A DNA stretch of 47,826 nt from Candidatus Parcubacteria bacterium (GTDB taxonomy: Bacteria > Patescibacteriota > Patescibacteriia > Patescibacteriales > UBA12075): positions 1-47,826 of the forward strand of contig JAGLIO010000063.1 of assembly GCA_023142915.1 (NCBI GenBank). Direction: 5' to 3'. This document shows, in pieces, positions 36,101 through 45,040 of this stretch (positions are counted from its first letter, which is position 1; every line of letters begins with the position of its first letter). A program made the position numbers and the translations under genes. The notes under the pieces were generated by a model. The model was not told the origin of the DNA. It did no database searches and saw nothing but the letters and a program-made list of their open reading frames with translations.

Positions 36101-37016
36101 TATGCTTATAGGCTGGAGAAAAATTTTTGTATGGGATGCCTTGGTGCCCGCTGAAAAATCCCCAATCTCCTAAATTGCGAAAAATATTATTTAGCGAACT
36201 GTCATTATTATAAAAACTCTCACTGGTTAAGACGCTTTGAGTGGTTGCTTCGTCAATAACACTGCCATATATCATCGGCAGTATCCACCATATAATAAAC
36301 AAAAAAGTTAAAGCGCCTGCAAGCGCGCTGAATTTAATCAATCTTTTTAATTTAATTTCTTTTACAACAAGCGCGCTCCATAGCCCATAGCCCAGCAGCA
36401 ATACAATAGCGATAACGTCAAAAATAAGATTAAAACCGAATACTAAAGAATTGACAAAGGCTAAAAATATACTGTATTTTAATAATTTATTTGTTCTTAT
36501 TCCTTTAATAAACAGATAGAACTGCAAAGGCAAAAAAACATAAGGAGTTATCATAAAATATGAATTTGGCAAAAATGTAAGAACATAAAGATTGTAAATA
36601 AAAAACAGCGCGCCGATAAGGATAGCTGTTTTGTTTATTTTTTGATTTTTAAATAACTCTTTAATTAAAATATAAAAAGAAATAAAACCGATAAAAAATA
36701 AAAATGACAAAATAAAAAATTGGGTTATGTTCGGCGGTATGCCGATAAGTCCGTTACTTGCAAAATATATTAAATTTAACGGAAACAGCTTCCATAATAA
36801 ATCCAAATTATTATCTCCTAAATTCACGGAATGCCATCCAAAAAAATTATTAAATAAATTAGGCGGATTTTTTATAAAATAATCCGCGGAGCTTTGGATC
36901 ACCAGCTTATCAATGGAAAAAATAAAAGGTATGGCGCAAAAAAATAAAACAAAAAATATTAATAAATATTTTTTATTCTTTATAAATATAATTTTACAGC
37001 AATCAATCGGTTTCAT
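33126..37016 (-). CDS. Large GT-C (AftD/DUF3367-like) membrane glycosyltransferase with two CBM-like repeats
   Basis: Many TM helices, FRNLGDWGF, AFRNTYKW, IPKYW, RILLLP; NLLENNSFEKG x2; FQESFHPGW, ANGFANAWWI, EFWPQ. Confidence 0.75.
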   Translation of the reverse strand: MKPIDCCKIIFIKNKKYLLIFFVLFFCAIPFIFSIDKLVIQSSADYFIKNPPNLFNNFFGWHSVNLGDNNLDLLWKLFPLNLIYFASNGLIGIPPNITQFFILSFLFFIGFISFYILIKELFKNQKINKTAILIGALFFIYNLYVLTFLPNSYFMITPYVFLPLQFYLFIKGIRTNKLLKYSIFLAFVNSLVFGFNLIFDVIAIVLLLGYGLWSALVVKEIKLKRLIKFSALAGALTFLFIIWWILPMIYGSVIDEATTQSVLTSESFYNNDSSLNNIFRNLGDWGFFSGHQGIPYKNFSPAYKHNLIILISGFAIPIIVFFPLLFFAKIKGREYKKKILFFYIAIILLFPFIGGIYKSWPTNGLMQWLFDNVPYFMAFRNTYKWTAIAVLFYAMLVTIFLNHILSKKRENVEQYFLLKYFIPLLVLAAIAINAFPFFSGRLFEKNSQIKNIPKYWHQAADYINNSLIAAENRILLLPDQYFAVFKWNNQMKSIPRGLADTLLKIPVVHNACVGCGNYHTSKVYDFIYDNLKSKNIDKFLGLINISHIFQRNDFYSEYYKVEEPEEVKEIISSHSSISSEASFNMLDLYKLQDDLVYPRIYSPSKIVVTDTFNESLDIFDKFNLDGEKLSFIISSQADSNDLTLKHANYYKKILKKENIEFKNNITAENFEILTGNNYNISRNENYGFNAYQIYYYYDNKDCILRFKNVNEKLFIDDSFADGNAVENFEKEISLGIELSEPIGIEIENKIFYLRPGDKWQYLDSMRLEPKDFYAVNIYKIDKKNNINLLENNSFEKGFWNEKVGNCNFNNPDAKILMDLTKDASDGQSALLLSAEEDSACSYSRTIKEFEPDTVYFLSFDCKNISGSAPAFCVWNGKGCAKDGEALVSKNWQTHEMLVKLSPEAKQFIMYFYSHKNKGPVTVNLYDNVKVYKITKPIKQIILELPYVSEFSEDIFLKSGEHKISAVIFKDELNLLENNSFEKGFWNEKVGNCRLSDPDALLEMKLIPDSTDGKAALELSAEKDAACVSSAPIKKFSKDKAYAVSFDYKIVAGNAARFCVWDGNVCVKTEDLKKVDDGWHYYETIFEPNIDSEFLNIYFYASAEKVENAVVRYDNVAINIVENKILDAYYLKTKDEKKISQSNINFEKVNPVYYKLLLKQKDASLIIFQESFHPGWRAYIQGEKSPQNFLQKARRHFGFWNEKEIARDNHIIANGFANAWWIDANDICKDKNFCNKNQDRTYDMEMIIEFWPQRWFYSGLFVSGIIFLGCITYLTADFVKRRRQRSKQFRNLFNFLD

Positions 37017-37055
37017 ATTATTTTTAGAATTTCAGCGCCAGCATGGCTGCACTTT

Positions 37056-38018
37056 TTAAATTTTTTGTTTCGCGTAAATAAACCCTTTAATAAAATAAAA
37101 CGAATAGCATATTAAGCAGATAAAATTAATAAAAGGCAGTATTATAATTTTAAAATCTTTATAACATTTTAAATAAGCCAGTTTTGTATAGTAAAAACAA
37201 AACAAAAGCAGAATTAATAAAGCTAATCTGTTTATAAAAAATATATTAATAAAAAGGCCTAACAATATCATCGGCCTGAAAATCAACAAAATTATATCTT
37301 TTATTTTTGTTTTTAAAAAATACCTTCTCAGATTAACGCCATAACATTCAGCCAATTGCGATTCTTTTTTAATTAATTGTTTTAAAGAAAAATTATTGTC
37401 TTTATTGTGCAAATGCACTACGTCTAAATCAGCCAAAACAACTTTGCCGTATTTAGAACACCGCATTTCATAATCCAAGTCTTCTCCGGCTGTTCTGTAA
37501 AGAGATGAATTAAATTTAAGATCTTTTATTTTTTTTACGCAGTCAAACTTTCCCGTAAACCTTGTATGCCTTTTACTGACAAATCTGCTAAACAAGCATT
37601 TTTGCCAAAAATTATATGCCGTCCAAACTTTATAGGGATGTAAAAGCGCAGGGTAAGCGGCCGCAACATTGCTATTTTGAAAAGGCTGGAATATTTTAGC
37701 AAATGAATCCATGTCTTCCAGCACAATATCCTGGTGCATTAAAATTATATAATCTGTCTTTGATATTTGAATTCCTCTGTTATAATTTATCGCCAAGCCT
37801 GTTGATTTTTCATTCTTAATAATCATTATTGAATATGAAGATTTTTTTTTATAATCTAAAATAATATCATGGCTCGCGTCGCTTGAACCGTCATTAATTA
37901 TTATAATTTCTTTAATAATTTTCTTATTATTTTGTTTTTCCAGCGAATCAAAAACATCGCGCAATGTAGTCCCTCCGTTAAAAACCGGAATTAAAATTGT
38001 TATTTGATCTTCTTTCAT
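37056..38018 (-). CDS. Glycosyltransferase family 2 with C-terminal TMs
   Basis: ITILIPVFNG, IIINDGSSD, HQD, GEDLD. Confidence 0.92.
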   Translation of the reverse strand: MKEDQITILIPVFNGGTTLRDVFDSLEKQNNKKIIKEIIIINDGSSDASHDIILDYKKKSSYSIMIIKNEKSTGLAINYNRGIQISKTDYIILMHQDIVLEDMDSFAKIFQPFQNSNVAAAYPALLHPYKVWTAYNFWQKCLFSRFVSKRHTRFTGKFDCVKKIKDLKFNSSLYRTAGEDLDYEMRCSKYGKVVLADLDVVHLHNKDNNFSLKQLIKKESQLAECYGVNLRRYFLKTKIKDIILLIFRPMILLGLFINIFFINRLALLILLLFCFYYTKLAYLKCYKDFKIIILPFINFICLICYSFYFIKGFIYAKQKI

Positions 38019-38019
38019 T

Positions 38020-38844
38020 TTATTTCTTTATTAAATACCCAATCCCTCCGAACCCAAACTCGCAAGTTTTCATAAAAAGCATGCCAAGACCGACTACGGG
38101 CGAGCGGAATAATTTATTTGGTTTATTAAAAAATAATTTATAACGGCTTAAAATGCCGGTTTGCTTGTTTATTTTTTCCTTGTGTTCGCTTAATCCCATA
38201 TATTTCGCAAACCCCTCTGCGTAATAATACTTTTTTTTGACAGTATCAATCAGGCTTATCTTTCCCTCATTATGATATATTAAATTATCAATTCTTTTAA
38301 GCTTGCCAAGATTACCGATTTTTTGCGACAAATCCCAATCTTCTCCACTGTTTAAATTCGCGTTATAACCTTGAACCCGCGAATAATCTTCCAGGCGCAT
38401 AAAGCGAGCCGCTTCCATCCAATCCACGCCGATATAAAAACTCTTTTCCAATTTCTTGCACTTAGCCCAAAAACCATTTCCAAAAGATTCTTCAGGGATT
38501 ATTATTCCGCTAGCGTTGCTGTCTTCTTCCATTTTTTTCACGCAGCTTTCAACAACTTTCGCGCTAAGCTCCATATCCGAATCAATCGCAAGAATATATT
38601 TGCCGCGAGCATTTTTTGCGGCCATATTTTTCTGCTCGCTGCGGTGATCGCCGATTTTGTCAAATAGACAGACCTTGTCAGTATAAGCCTTTGCCACATC
38701 GCGGGCATTATCTTCGCTGTTGCCGTCAACTATTATTATTTCAATATTTTTGTAAGTCTGCTTTTTCAGACATACTAAACATCTTCGGAGCAATTCCGAG
38801 CGATTACGAGTTGGTATAATAATTGAAACTAACGGATTACGCAT
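38020..38844 (-). CDS. Glycosyltransferase family 2
   Basis: VSIIIPTRN, IIVDGNSED, IDSDM, GEDWD. Confidence 0.93.
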   Translation of the reverse strand: MRNPLVSIIIPTRNRSELLRRCLVCLKKQTYKNIEIIIVDGNSEDNARDVAKAYTDKVCLFDKIGDHRSEQKNMAAKNARGKYILAIDSDMELSAKVVESCVKKMEEDSNASGIIIPEESFGNGFWAKCKKLEKSFYIGVDWMEAARFMRLEDYSRVQGYNANLNSGEDWDLSQKIGNLGKLKRIDNLIYHNEGKISLIDTVKKKYYYAEGFAKYMGLSEHKEKINKQTGILSRYKLFFNKPNKLFRSPVVGLGMLFMKTCEFGFGGIGYLIKK

Positions 38845-38848
38845 AAAA

Positions 38849-39640
38849 TTAAAAATCTAAAAATTTATTAATCTTGCCTATGCTTTTTAAAAATTCGCAA
38901 TGCTTTTTAAAATCATCAAACAGGCAGCTATATAAACGATCGCTTCCTGACCTTGAAATAATATGATAAGCCTCTATAATTAAAATTTCTTTTTTGCCTT
39001 GTTTTTCTTCTTCTAGCAATCTTTTATAATATTTTTCTATTTTTGAAAAATTCGTGTATTTGCTGAATGAAATCGTATTAAGCAAAAATTTATTTGAATC
39101 ATTGTTTAAATCCTCAATAAGATTCGGCCCTATTTCCGAAGTTCTGGCAAAAGTATAATTTTTTGAAACAGAGCTTGCGATATTTTTATCAAAATAACCT
39201 CCGGGATATAAAAAAGCAATAATCTTTTTTCCAAATATTTTTTCCAGCATATTTTTTGAATCAATAATTTCCTTATTTTTTTCAAATTCAAAAATTTCTT
39301 TTTTATCATCATCATTTTTATTAAAAGCAAAGAAATGCAATATTCTAAAAAAATAGTCAATTTTATCCGGAAATGATTTTACTCTTGAAAAAGTTTTTTC
39401 TATTTTTCCACGAATATTATAGGCCGGCGTAACATGGTAATATCCATGTGAAGCTATTTCTATATTTAAATTTTGAATAGCGTTAAAAATCAACTTTTTT
39501 GAGGCTATATTTCTATTTTCAAAATTCTTGCCAATAAGCCCGGCTGGAACGCCTACAACAATCGGAATATTAAATCTTTCGCTTAAAAAAAGCTTAAGGG
39601 TTTTTTCATCTGCGTCATCTATTGTTATAATAAATTTCAT
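38849..39640 (-). CDS. Polysaccharide deacetylase (NodB/CE4-like)
   Basis: ITIDDA, EIASHGYYH, FLYPGG, YH motifs. Confidence 0.82.
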   Translation of the reverse strand: MKFIITIDDADEKTLKLFLSERFNIPIVVGVPAGLIGKNFENRNIASKKLIFNAIQNLNIEIASHGYYHVTPAYNIRGKIEKTFSRVKSFPDKIDYFFRILHFFAFNKNDDDKKEIFEFEKNKEIIDSKNMLEKIFGKKIIAFLYPGGYFDKNIASSVSKNYTFARTSEIGPNLIEDLNNDSNKFLLNTISFSKYTNFSKIEKYYKRLLEEEKQGKKEILIIEAYHIISRSGSDRLYSCLFDDFKKHCEFLKSIGKINKFLDF

Positions 39641-40452
39641 ATTTTTTTAATCCTCCCGATTAAATACCCAAGCCCTCCAAACCCAAACTTAAAAAAATTA
39701 TAAATAATAAAACCTAATCCGAAAATCGGGTGAAAAATAAATTTTTTCCAATTTTTTAAATAAATTCCGCGAATAAATTTTAACTGGACTTTTGACTCTT
39801 CCTTGTTTTCGTTTTTATAATTTACAAAATCCTTGCCATATTCATAATACTTCATCAAATGCTCCAAAAAACTTTTTGATTCGCCCAAATGCAAGGCTTC
39901 CGCGCTAATAAAGCCGGTTTTATAATTTGCCCTGTTTAATTTATTTTGAAAATCATAATCTTCACCGGCTATAATTTTTTCATTATAACCGCTGATTTTT
40001 TGAAAAACTTCTTTTTTTAAAAATCTTGCCGCTGAATGGGTAATATCATATTTATACATATCAACTTCAAATTTTCTAATCTTGGCAATCCAGCCCGCTC
40101 TTATGTCAGGACTGTTATGAGCGACAATAGCGTCAAAATTTTCATTGATTTTATCCATGCATTGCTGAACGACTTCCCTGTCTAAAATAAAATCACTATC
40201 AACCCTGTAAACAAATTTGCCGCTACTTTTTTCAACTCCGAAATTAAACTGAGCCGATCTTTCATGTCCTTTGAGAAAAACTTTGCTCGTGTATTTTTTG
40301 GCAATTTCAATTGTTTTGTCTGTTGAAAAATTATCAACCACGATTAACTCAATATTTTTGTAAGTTTGCTTTTTAATTGACTTTAAGCATACATCCAAAA
40401 ATTCAGAAGAATCTTTTGTGGTAACAATAATTGAAACTAAGGTATTATTCAT
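39637..40452 (-). CDS. Glycosyltransferase family 2 (paralogue of 38020..38844)
   Basis: VSIIVTTKD, VVDNFSTD, VDSDF, GEDYD; shared ending FGFGG.GYLI. Confidence 0.93.
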   Translation of the reverse strand: MNNTLVSIIVTTKDSSEFLDVCLKSIKKQTYKNIELIVVDNFSTDKTIEIAKKYTSKVFLKGHERSAQFNFGVEKSSGKFVYRVDSDFILDREVVQQCMDKINENFDAIVAHNSPDIRAGWIAKIRKFEVDMYKYDITHSAARFLKKEVFQKISGYNEKIIAGEDYDFQNKLNRANYKTGFISAEALHLGESKSFLEHLMKYYEYGKDFVNYKNENKEESKVQLKFIRGIYLKNWKKFIFHPIFGLGFIIYNFFKFGFGGLGYLIGRIKKI

Positions 40453-40458
40453 AAAAAT

Positions 40459-41613
40459 TTAATTATTATATTTATAATTCAAACTATGGCATCCAAAACA
40501 AGGCGGCAAAAATTTTTCTTTTATAATTTTCTTTTGAAATTTTTTTGACTCTTTAGAATTCCACATTTCTTTCAGGCTAACATCGCCATCCAAATATCCT
40601 ATCTTATTGCCCAAACACAAACAAACATCGCCATTGCCCAAAATATTCATGGAATTAAGTGGAGACAAACAAAACGAATCTTTGTTTGGAAATTCTCCAG
40701 AATAATATTTGCCCAAACTATCAATCGCCGGTTTTTCTGATAATTTTGTCTTGCCGTTCGCGGCCATCGCATAAATCTTTTTTAACTCACTCTCAAGCTT
40801 CTCGGCTTTGCCTGGGCTTAAATAATAATCTTCATCAATCAAAGCGCCGTCGCAATATTCGCCTATGCCTGTTTTTTCCTTAAATCCATCAATTGTTTTT
40901 TTAATGCTTGGCGTATGAAAACTGTAATGCTGAACGCATAATTCATCAACGCCTAAATTTTCAACAAACTTATAAATTTTTAACAACTCATTATAATTTT
41001 CTTTTCGCGCGACAGTATTTATTTTAATATTAAATGACAGTTTTTTCATGCCGTTTCTTTTGCTAATTAAGTCTTTAAGCCCGCTGATCGCGCGATCAAA
41101 AATTTCAGGATTATTTCCTTTTATTTTATTATGGACATCTTTTTTATAATAATCCAAAGACACAGACAAAAAATTCAAATCTGAATTTAATATTTTATCA
41201 ACGTTTTCAGTTAAAAAAAATCCATTAGTTGACATAGCCGTAATAATCCCGTTTTTTGACAGCAAATTTATAATATCAAAAGTATGCTTATTAATTAAAG
41301 CTTCTCCGCCTGTAATATAAAACATAGGCTTGTATTTTTTTAATTCAGGCAATATTTTTTTAATATGATCAAGCGTAACTTGCTCTTCCGTAATATTTTT
41401 ATTTCTATATTCCGCGTTTAAGCAGCCTTCACAGCTAAGGTTGCATTTGTTTGTTATAAACATAGTTATTATGCGCGGAAAAGGCGTTCTCCTGCGAAAT
41501 AAAATTTGATCCATTGCCAAATTTTTGGCTGTGCGCGGAAAAACTAAAGTTAAATAAATTTTTTTAATAATATCAAGATTGTTTTTAAAGTCTTTTTTCA
41601 TAAAAATCGCCAA
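40459..41613 (-). CDS. Radical SAM protein with SPASM/twitch-like C-terminus (start may be ATG 41601)
   Basis: CNLSCEGC, TGGE, STNG, C-terminal C..GDVCLC..CFGC. Confidence 0.92.
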   Translation of the reverse strand: MAIFMKKDFKNNLDIIKKIYLTLVFPRTAKNLAMDQILFRRRTPFPRIITMFITNKCNLSCEGCLNAEYRNKNITEEQVTLDHIKKILPELKKYKPMFYITGGEALINKHTFDIINLLSKNGIITAMSTNGFFLTENVDKILNSDLNFLSVSLDYYKKDVHNKIKGNNPEIFDRAISGLKDLISKRNGMKKLSFNIKINTVARKENYNELLKIYKFVENLGVDELCVQHYSFHTPSIKKTIDGFKEKTGIGEYCDGALIDEDYYLSPGKAEKLESELKKIYAMAANGKTKLSEKPAIDSLGKYYSGEFPNKDSFCLSPLNSMNILGNGDVCLCLGNKIGYLDGDVSLKEMWNSKESKKFQKKIIKEKFLPPCFGCHSLNYKYNN

Positions 41614-42724
41614 TTACTTTTTTAAAATCTTTATAGCTGTTTTCAAAATTAATTTCTTTGCTCCACTCCCATGCGTTTTTTCTTAACTTATTATAATTAT
41701 CTTTATTATTTAATAAATCCACAATATTTTCCGCTAAGATATTTGGGTTGTTTTTTTCGCAAACGATTCCTGTTTCATTATGCCTTACGCTGTCCCTAAG
41801 TCCTGCCACATTATAAACAACAGCCGGAGTTCCTTGGCTGTTTGCTTCGGTAACGATTAAACCCCAGCCTTCCCTTACAGAAGTAACGCAAATTAAATGC
41901 GACTTTCGCATTAACTCAATTTTTTTACTCTTACTAACTCGCCCCAAAACTTCTATTGATTCGCAATATTTTGATTTTGCGATTTTATTGAGAACTTTTT
42001 TCCCGTATTTGCCATCTGTATCCCCTGCCATAATTAATTTTAATCCAAGCATTTTCTCTTTAGCCAACTCAAAAGCGCTCACAATATGATCGGTTCTTTT
42101 CATTCCCCGAAACGCGCCCAAACTAAGAATCGTCGGCATTCTATATTTACTGCTCTCTAGCTCTATACTTTCCAACTTTCTAATCGGCGCCAACCCTATT
42201 CCCTCGCTTATTATTTTAATTTTCTCTTTATCAAAACCGAATTTTATAAGATCGTTTCTTGAACTTTTTGAAACAGTTATCACCTTTCTATCGCGCAAAA
42301 GCCACAAATAAATCGGCTCTATAATATATCCGATAATATTAAGCGGAAAAAAAATTTCATAAAACCAAATCTCTCTCGCAAGCTGATGAATAAATAATAT
42401 ATTTTTTTCTTTTACGTAAAATTTAGCAAAAAAAGGAACAGTGTTAATTTCATCAATTACCAAATCCGCCCAGCCTTGCAAATTTTTTTTATAATACTTA
42501 TAAACATGCCAATAAACCGAGAACCTGTTTCCAAGCCTGATTATTTTAAAACCGTCCCGCTGATGTACAGACGCGCCGCGGCGCGTCTCTACGAATCCGC
42601 CGACCAAAAATAGAATCTCATGCCCGTCCGTTGCTAATCTTTTTGCCAATTCTTCATTCACTGTCTCAGCGCCGCCTGCTAAAGGATTTTTTTTGTCTTT
42701 CCATGTTAACCAAAGTATTTTCAT
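41585..42724 (-). CDS. Glycosyltransferase family 4
   Basis: NPLAGGAE, EGWGLIVTEANSQGTP. Confidence 0.93.
   Translation of the reverse strand: MKILWLTWKDKKNPLAGGAETVNEELAKRLATDGHEILFLVGGFVETRRGASVHQRDGFKIIRLGNRFSVYWHVYKYYKKNLQGWADLVIDEINTVPFFAKFYVKEKNILFIHQLAREIWFYEIFFPLNIIGYIIEPIYLWLLRDRKVITVSKSSRNDLIKFGFDKEKIKIISEGIGLAPIRKLESIELESSKYRMPTILSLGAFRGMKRTDHIVSAFELAKEKMLGLKLIMAGDTDGKYGKKVLNKIAKSKYCESIEVLGRVSKSKKIELMRKSHLICVTSVREGWGLIVTEANSQGTPAVVYNVAGLRDSVRHNETGIVCEKNNPNILAENIVDLLNNKDNYNKLRKNAWEWSKEINFENSYKDFKKVIGDFYEKRL
42565..42592. repeat. REP-like palindrome, copy 7 (in frame in GT4, VETRRGASV)
   Basis: GTACAGACGCGCCGCGGCGCGTCTCTAC, one mismatch to the consensus. Confidence 0.9.
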
Positions 42725-42727
42725 AAA

Positions 42728-43669
42728 TTATATTTTTTTGTCCCTGATAACATATAAGGGGCGGTTTACTACTTCATTTTGTATATTGCCGATGTATAAA
42801 GCAATCAAGCCAAGGCAAACCAAAATTATCCCAACTAAAAATAAAATAATTACAGCCAAGATGGCAGGACCGGAAAAATTAAAATCAAAAGGATCATTTA
42901 AAATATATTTTTCAATAAAAATAAAAATTCCCAAAGGACCTGATGTTAAAATAATAATAACACCCAGTTTGCCGACAAGCTTAAGCAGAAAAAGGCTATG
43001 CCCTACAAGCGCGTCAACGGTCAAATTAAAAAGTTTAAAAACGCCGTATCCTGCTTTTCCCCTTATTCTTTCATTTGCTTCAAAATAAACAAAGTATTTT
43101 TTAAAGCCAAGCCAATCCAATAATCCTCTTGTAATTCTATTCCCTTCCGTGAATTTATTAAATTCATTGATGACTTTTCTGTCTATTAGGCGAAAATCAG
43201 TGGCATTGGGAATTATTTTTGTTCCGCCTGCCTTATTCATAAATCCGTAAAAAAGCAATGAGCCAAAACGTTTAACCAGGCCTTCGTTGTTATTCTTTTT
43301 TCTTATTCCGATAACCGTTTCCGCGCCGGCCTCCCATTTTTCTATAAATTTTGGAATTAATTCAGTCGGATGCTGCAAATCAGCGTCAATCATAAAACAT
43401 GCGTCTCCGTTACATTTGTTTATTCCCGCTGTTGTGGCGATTTCTTTGCCGAAATTTCTTGAAAATTCCAAATATTTTACTTGTTCGTCTTTACCGGCAA
43501 GATTCTTTAAAATTTCCTGCGTGTTATCAGCGCTTCCGTCATTAACAAAAATTATTTCGCATTTATACGGAATATTTTTAAAAATATCTTTTATCTCCCT
43601 ATAAATAAACGGAATATTTTCCGCTTCATTATATGCCGGAATTATTATTGATATCAGCTTCTTTTCCAT
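42728..43669 (-). CDS. Polyprenol-phosphate glycosyltransferase (GtrB/YkoT-like GT2)
   Basis: IPAYNEAENI, FSRNFGKEIA, DADLQHP, DFRLIDR, two C-terminal TMs, RPLY. Confidence 0.92.
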   Translation of the reverse strand: MEKKLISIIIPAYNEAENIPFIYREIKDIFKNIPYKCEIIFVNDGSADNTQEILKNLAGKDEQVKYLEFSRNFGKEIATTAGINKCNGDACFMIDADLQHPTELIPKFIEKWEAGAETVIGIRKKNNNEGLVKRFGSLLFYGFMNKAGGTKIIPNATDFRLIDRKVINEFNKFTEGNRITRGLLDWLGFKKYFVYFEANERIRGKAGYGVFKLFNLTVDALVGHSLFLLKLVGKLGVIIILTSGPLGIFIFIEKYILNDPFDFNFSGPAILAVIILFLVGIILVCLGLIALYIGNIQNEVVNRPLYVIRDKKI

Positions 43670-44930
43670 GCTTTTTTTTGCTTTTACAAATTTCCAAATA
43701 AATTATAAACAAAAGAGAAATTAATATTAAAACACTGCCTAAAATAAAATTATTTATTATATTATTAATGCTTTGATGATTAAAGAATGATAAAATAGTT
43801 ACTATCAACGGAGCGAATATAGCGGGAAAAAATAACAATCTGTTTCTTAAGGCAAATAAATAAAAAAATAAAATATTTATAATTGAAACAAAAAACAATA
43901 GAATGCTTAAATTTGGCAAAAAACCGGCAAAAGATAAATATTTTTCGCCAATTAAAGTATTAACCACCGTATTATAAAATAGAAAAAATGTCAATAATAC
44001 TGCACCGCCTATAGCGACAATTAAAAATAAAGCTTTTAGCAAAATTTTCAAATTTTCATTTTTTTTATCATTAATTTTTATCGCAGGCAAAAGAACCGCT
44101 GAAATTGATCCTGTTATAAAAAATATAATTCTGGCAATAGTGGCTATTCCGCTATAAAGACCCGCTTCATCGGCGGGAAAATAATATTTTACAATTATTA
44201 CGTCAAAAGTATATAAAAATGTTATGCAAAGAGTTCCTGCTAAAATAAGAATGCCGTAAATAAGCTCTTTTTTAATTTTATCGTTTATTTTTATTTTTTT
44301 ATTTCTGTTCAGACCTAAATGATCTTTTGTTTTTAATAAGACATAGAAAAAAGCGATTGTCTGGGCTATAAGCATTCCCATTATCGCCCCAAAAGAAGAC
44401 CAGCCGATATATACTAAAATAACGGCAAAAATCAAGCGTCCGGCAGACATTATTATATTTGCTATTGAAATTTCTGAAAATTTATTTAACCCCTGCAAAA
44501 TCGCCTGCCTGATATTGAAAAAGTTCCCTAAAAAAAGAAGAGACGCTAAAACTATAAACGGCCAAAAAGAATCAAATTTTAATTTTTCTTTTAGTTCTCC
44601 GCTAAAAATTATTAATAAAAAAGAAATTATGATAAAAAAATAATAAGCAAATTTTCCAAGCATTAAAATCAGTTTTTCCCTTTCTGCTTTATCTTCAATA
44701 TTAGCAACCAGATTAACAACAATATTTTTAAAAACTCCTCCGAAAATAGCCAAAAATAAAAAAATAGAAATTATTACCTGCACCTCTCCAAAACTTTCAA
44801 CATCCATAATTCTTCCAAGCGCCGGATGATAAATATAATTTAAAAAAGCCACAATCATTGACCCTGTAAAAAATATAAAATTATTTTTTATAAATTTATC
44901 GCTTGCTATTTTTTTTAAAAAAATTTTCAT
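43629..44930 (-). CDS. Wzx-like oligosaccharide flippase
   Basis: About 12 TM helices, FGEV, DVIIVKYYF..EAGLYS. Confidence 0.88.
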   Translation of the reverse strand: MKIFLKKIASDKFIKNNFIFFTGSMIVAFLNYIYHPALGRIMDVESFGEVQVIISIFLFLAIFGGVFKNIVVNLVANIEDKAEREKLILMLGKFAYYFFIIISFLLIIFSGELKEKLKFDSFWPFIVLASLLFLGNFFNIRQAILQGLNKFSEISIANIIMSAGRLIFAVILVYIGWSSFGAIMGMLIAQTIAFFYVLLKTKDHLGLNRNKKIKINDKIKKELIYGILILAGTLCITFLYTFDVIIVKYYFPADEAGLYSGIATIARIIFFITGSISAVLLPAIKINDKKNENLKILLKALFLIVAIGGAVLLTFFLFYNTVVNTLIGEKYLSFAGFLPNLSILLFFVSIINILFFYLFALRNRLLFFPAIFAPLIVTILSFFNHQSINNIINNFILGSVLILISLLFIIYLEICKSKKKHGKEADINNNSGI

Positions 44931-45040
44931 AAAATTTCAAATTAATTCTTTTTTAACCTACCACTCTAAAGCCAATTTGTCAATAAAAAAATAGCTAAAA
45001 ATAGCTAAAAGCAAAATAATATAAATAAATTAAAAAAATA

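Noticed and set aside
5005-42592. The 28-bp palindrome as a CRISPR repeat
   Set aside because: Copies are dispersed at irregular distances, there are no regular spacers and no cas genes.
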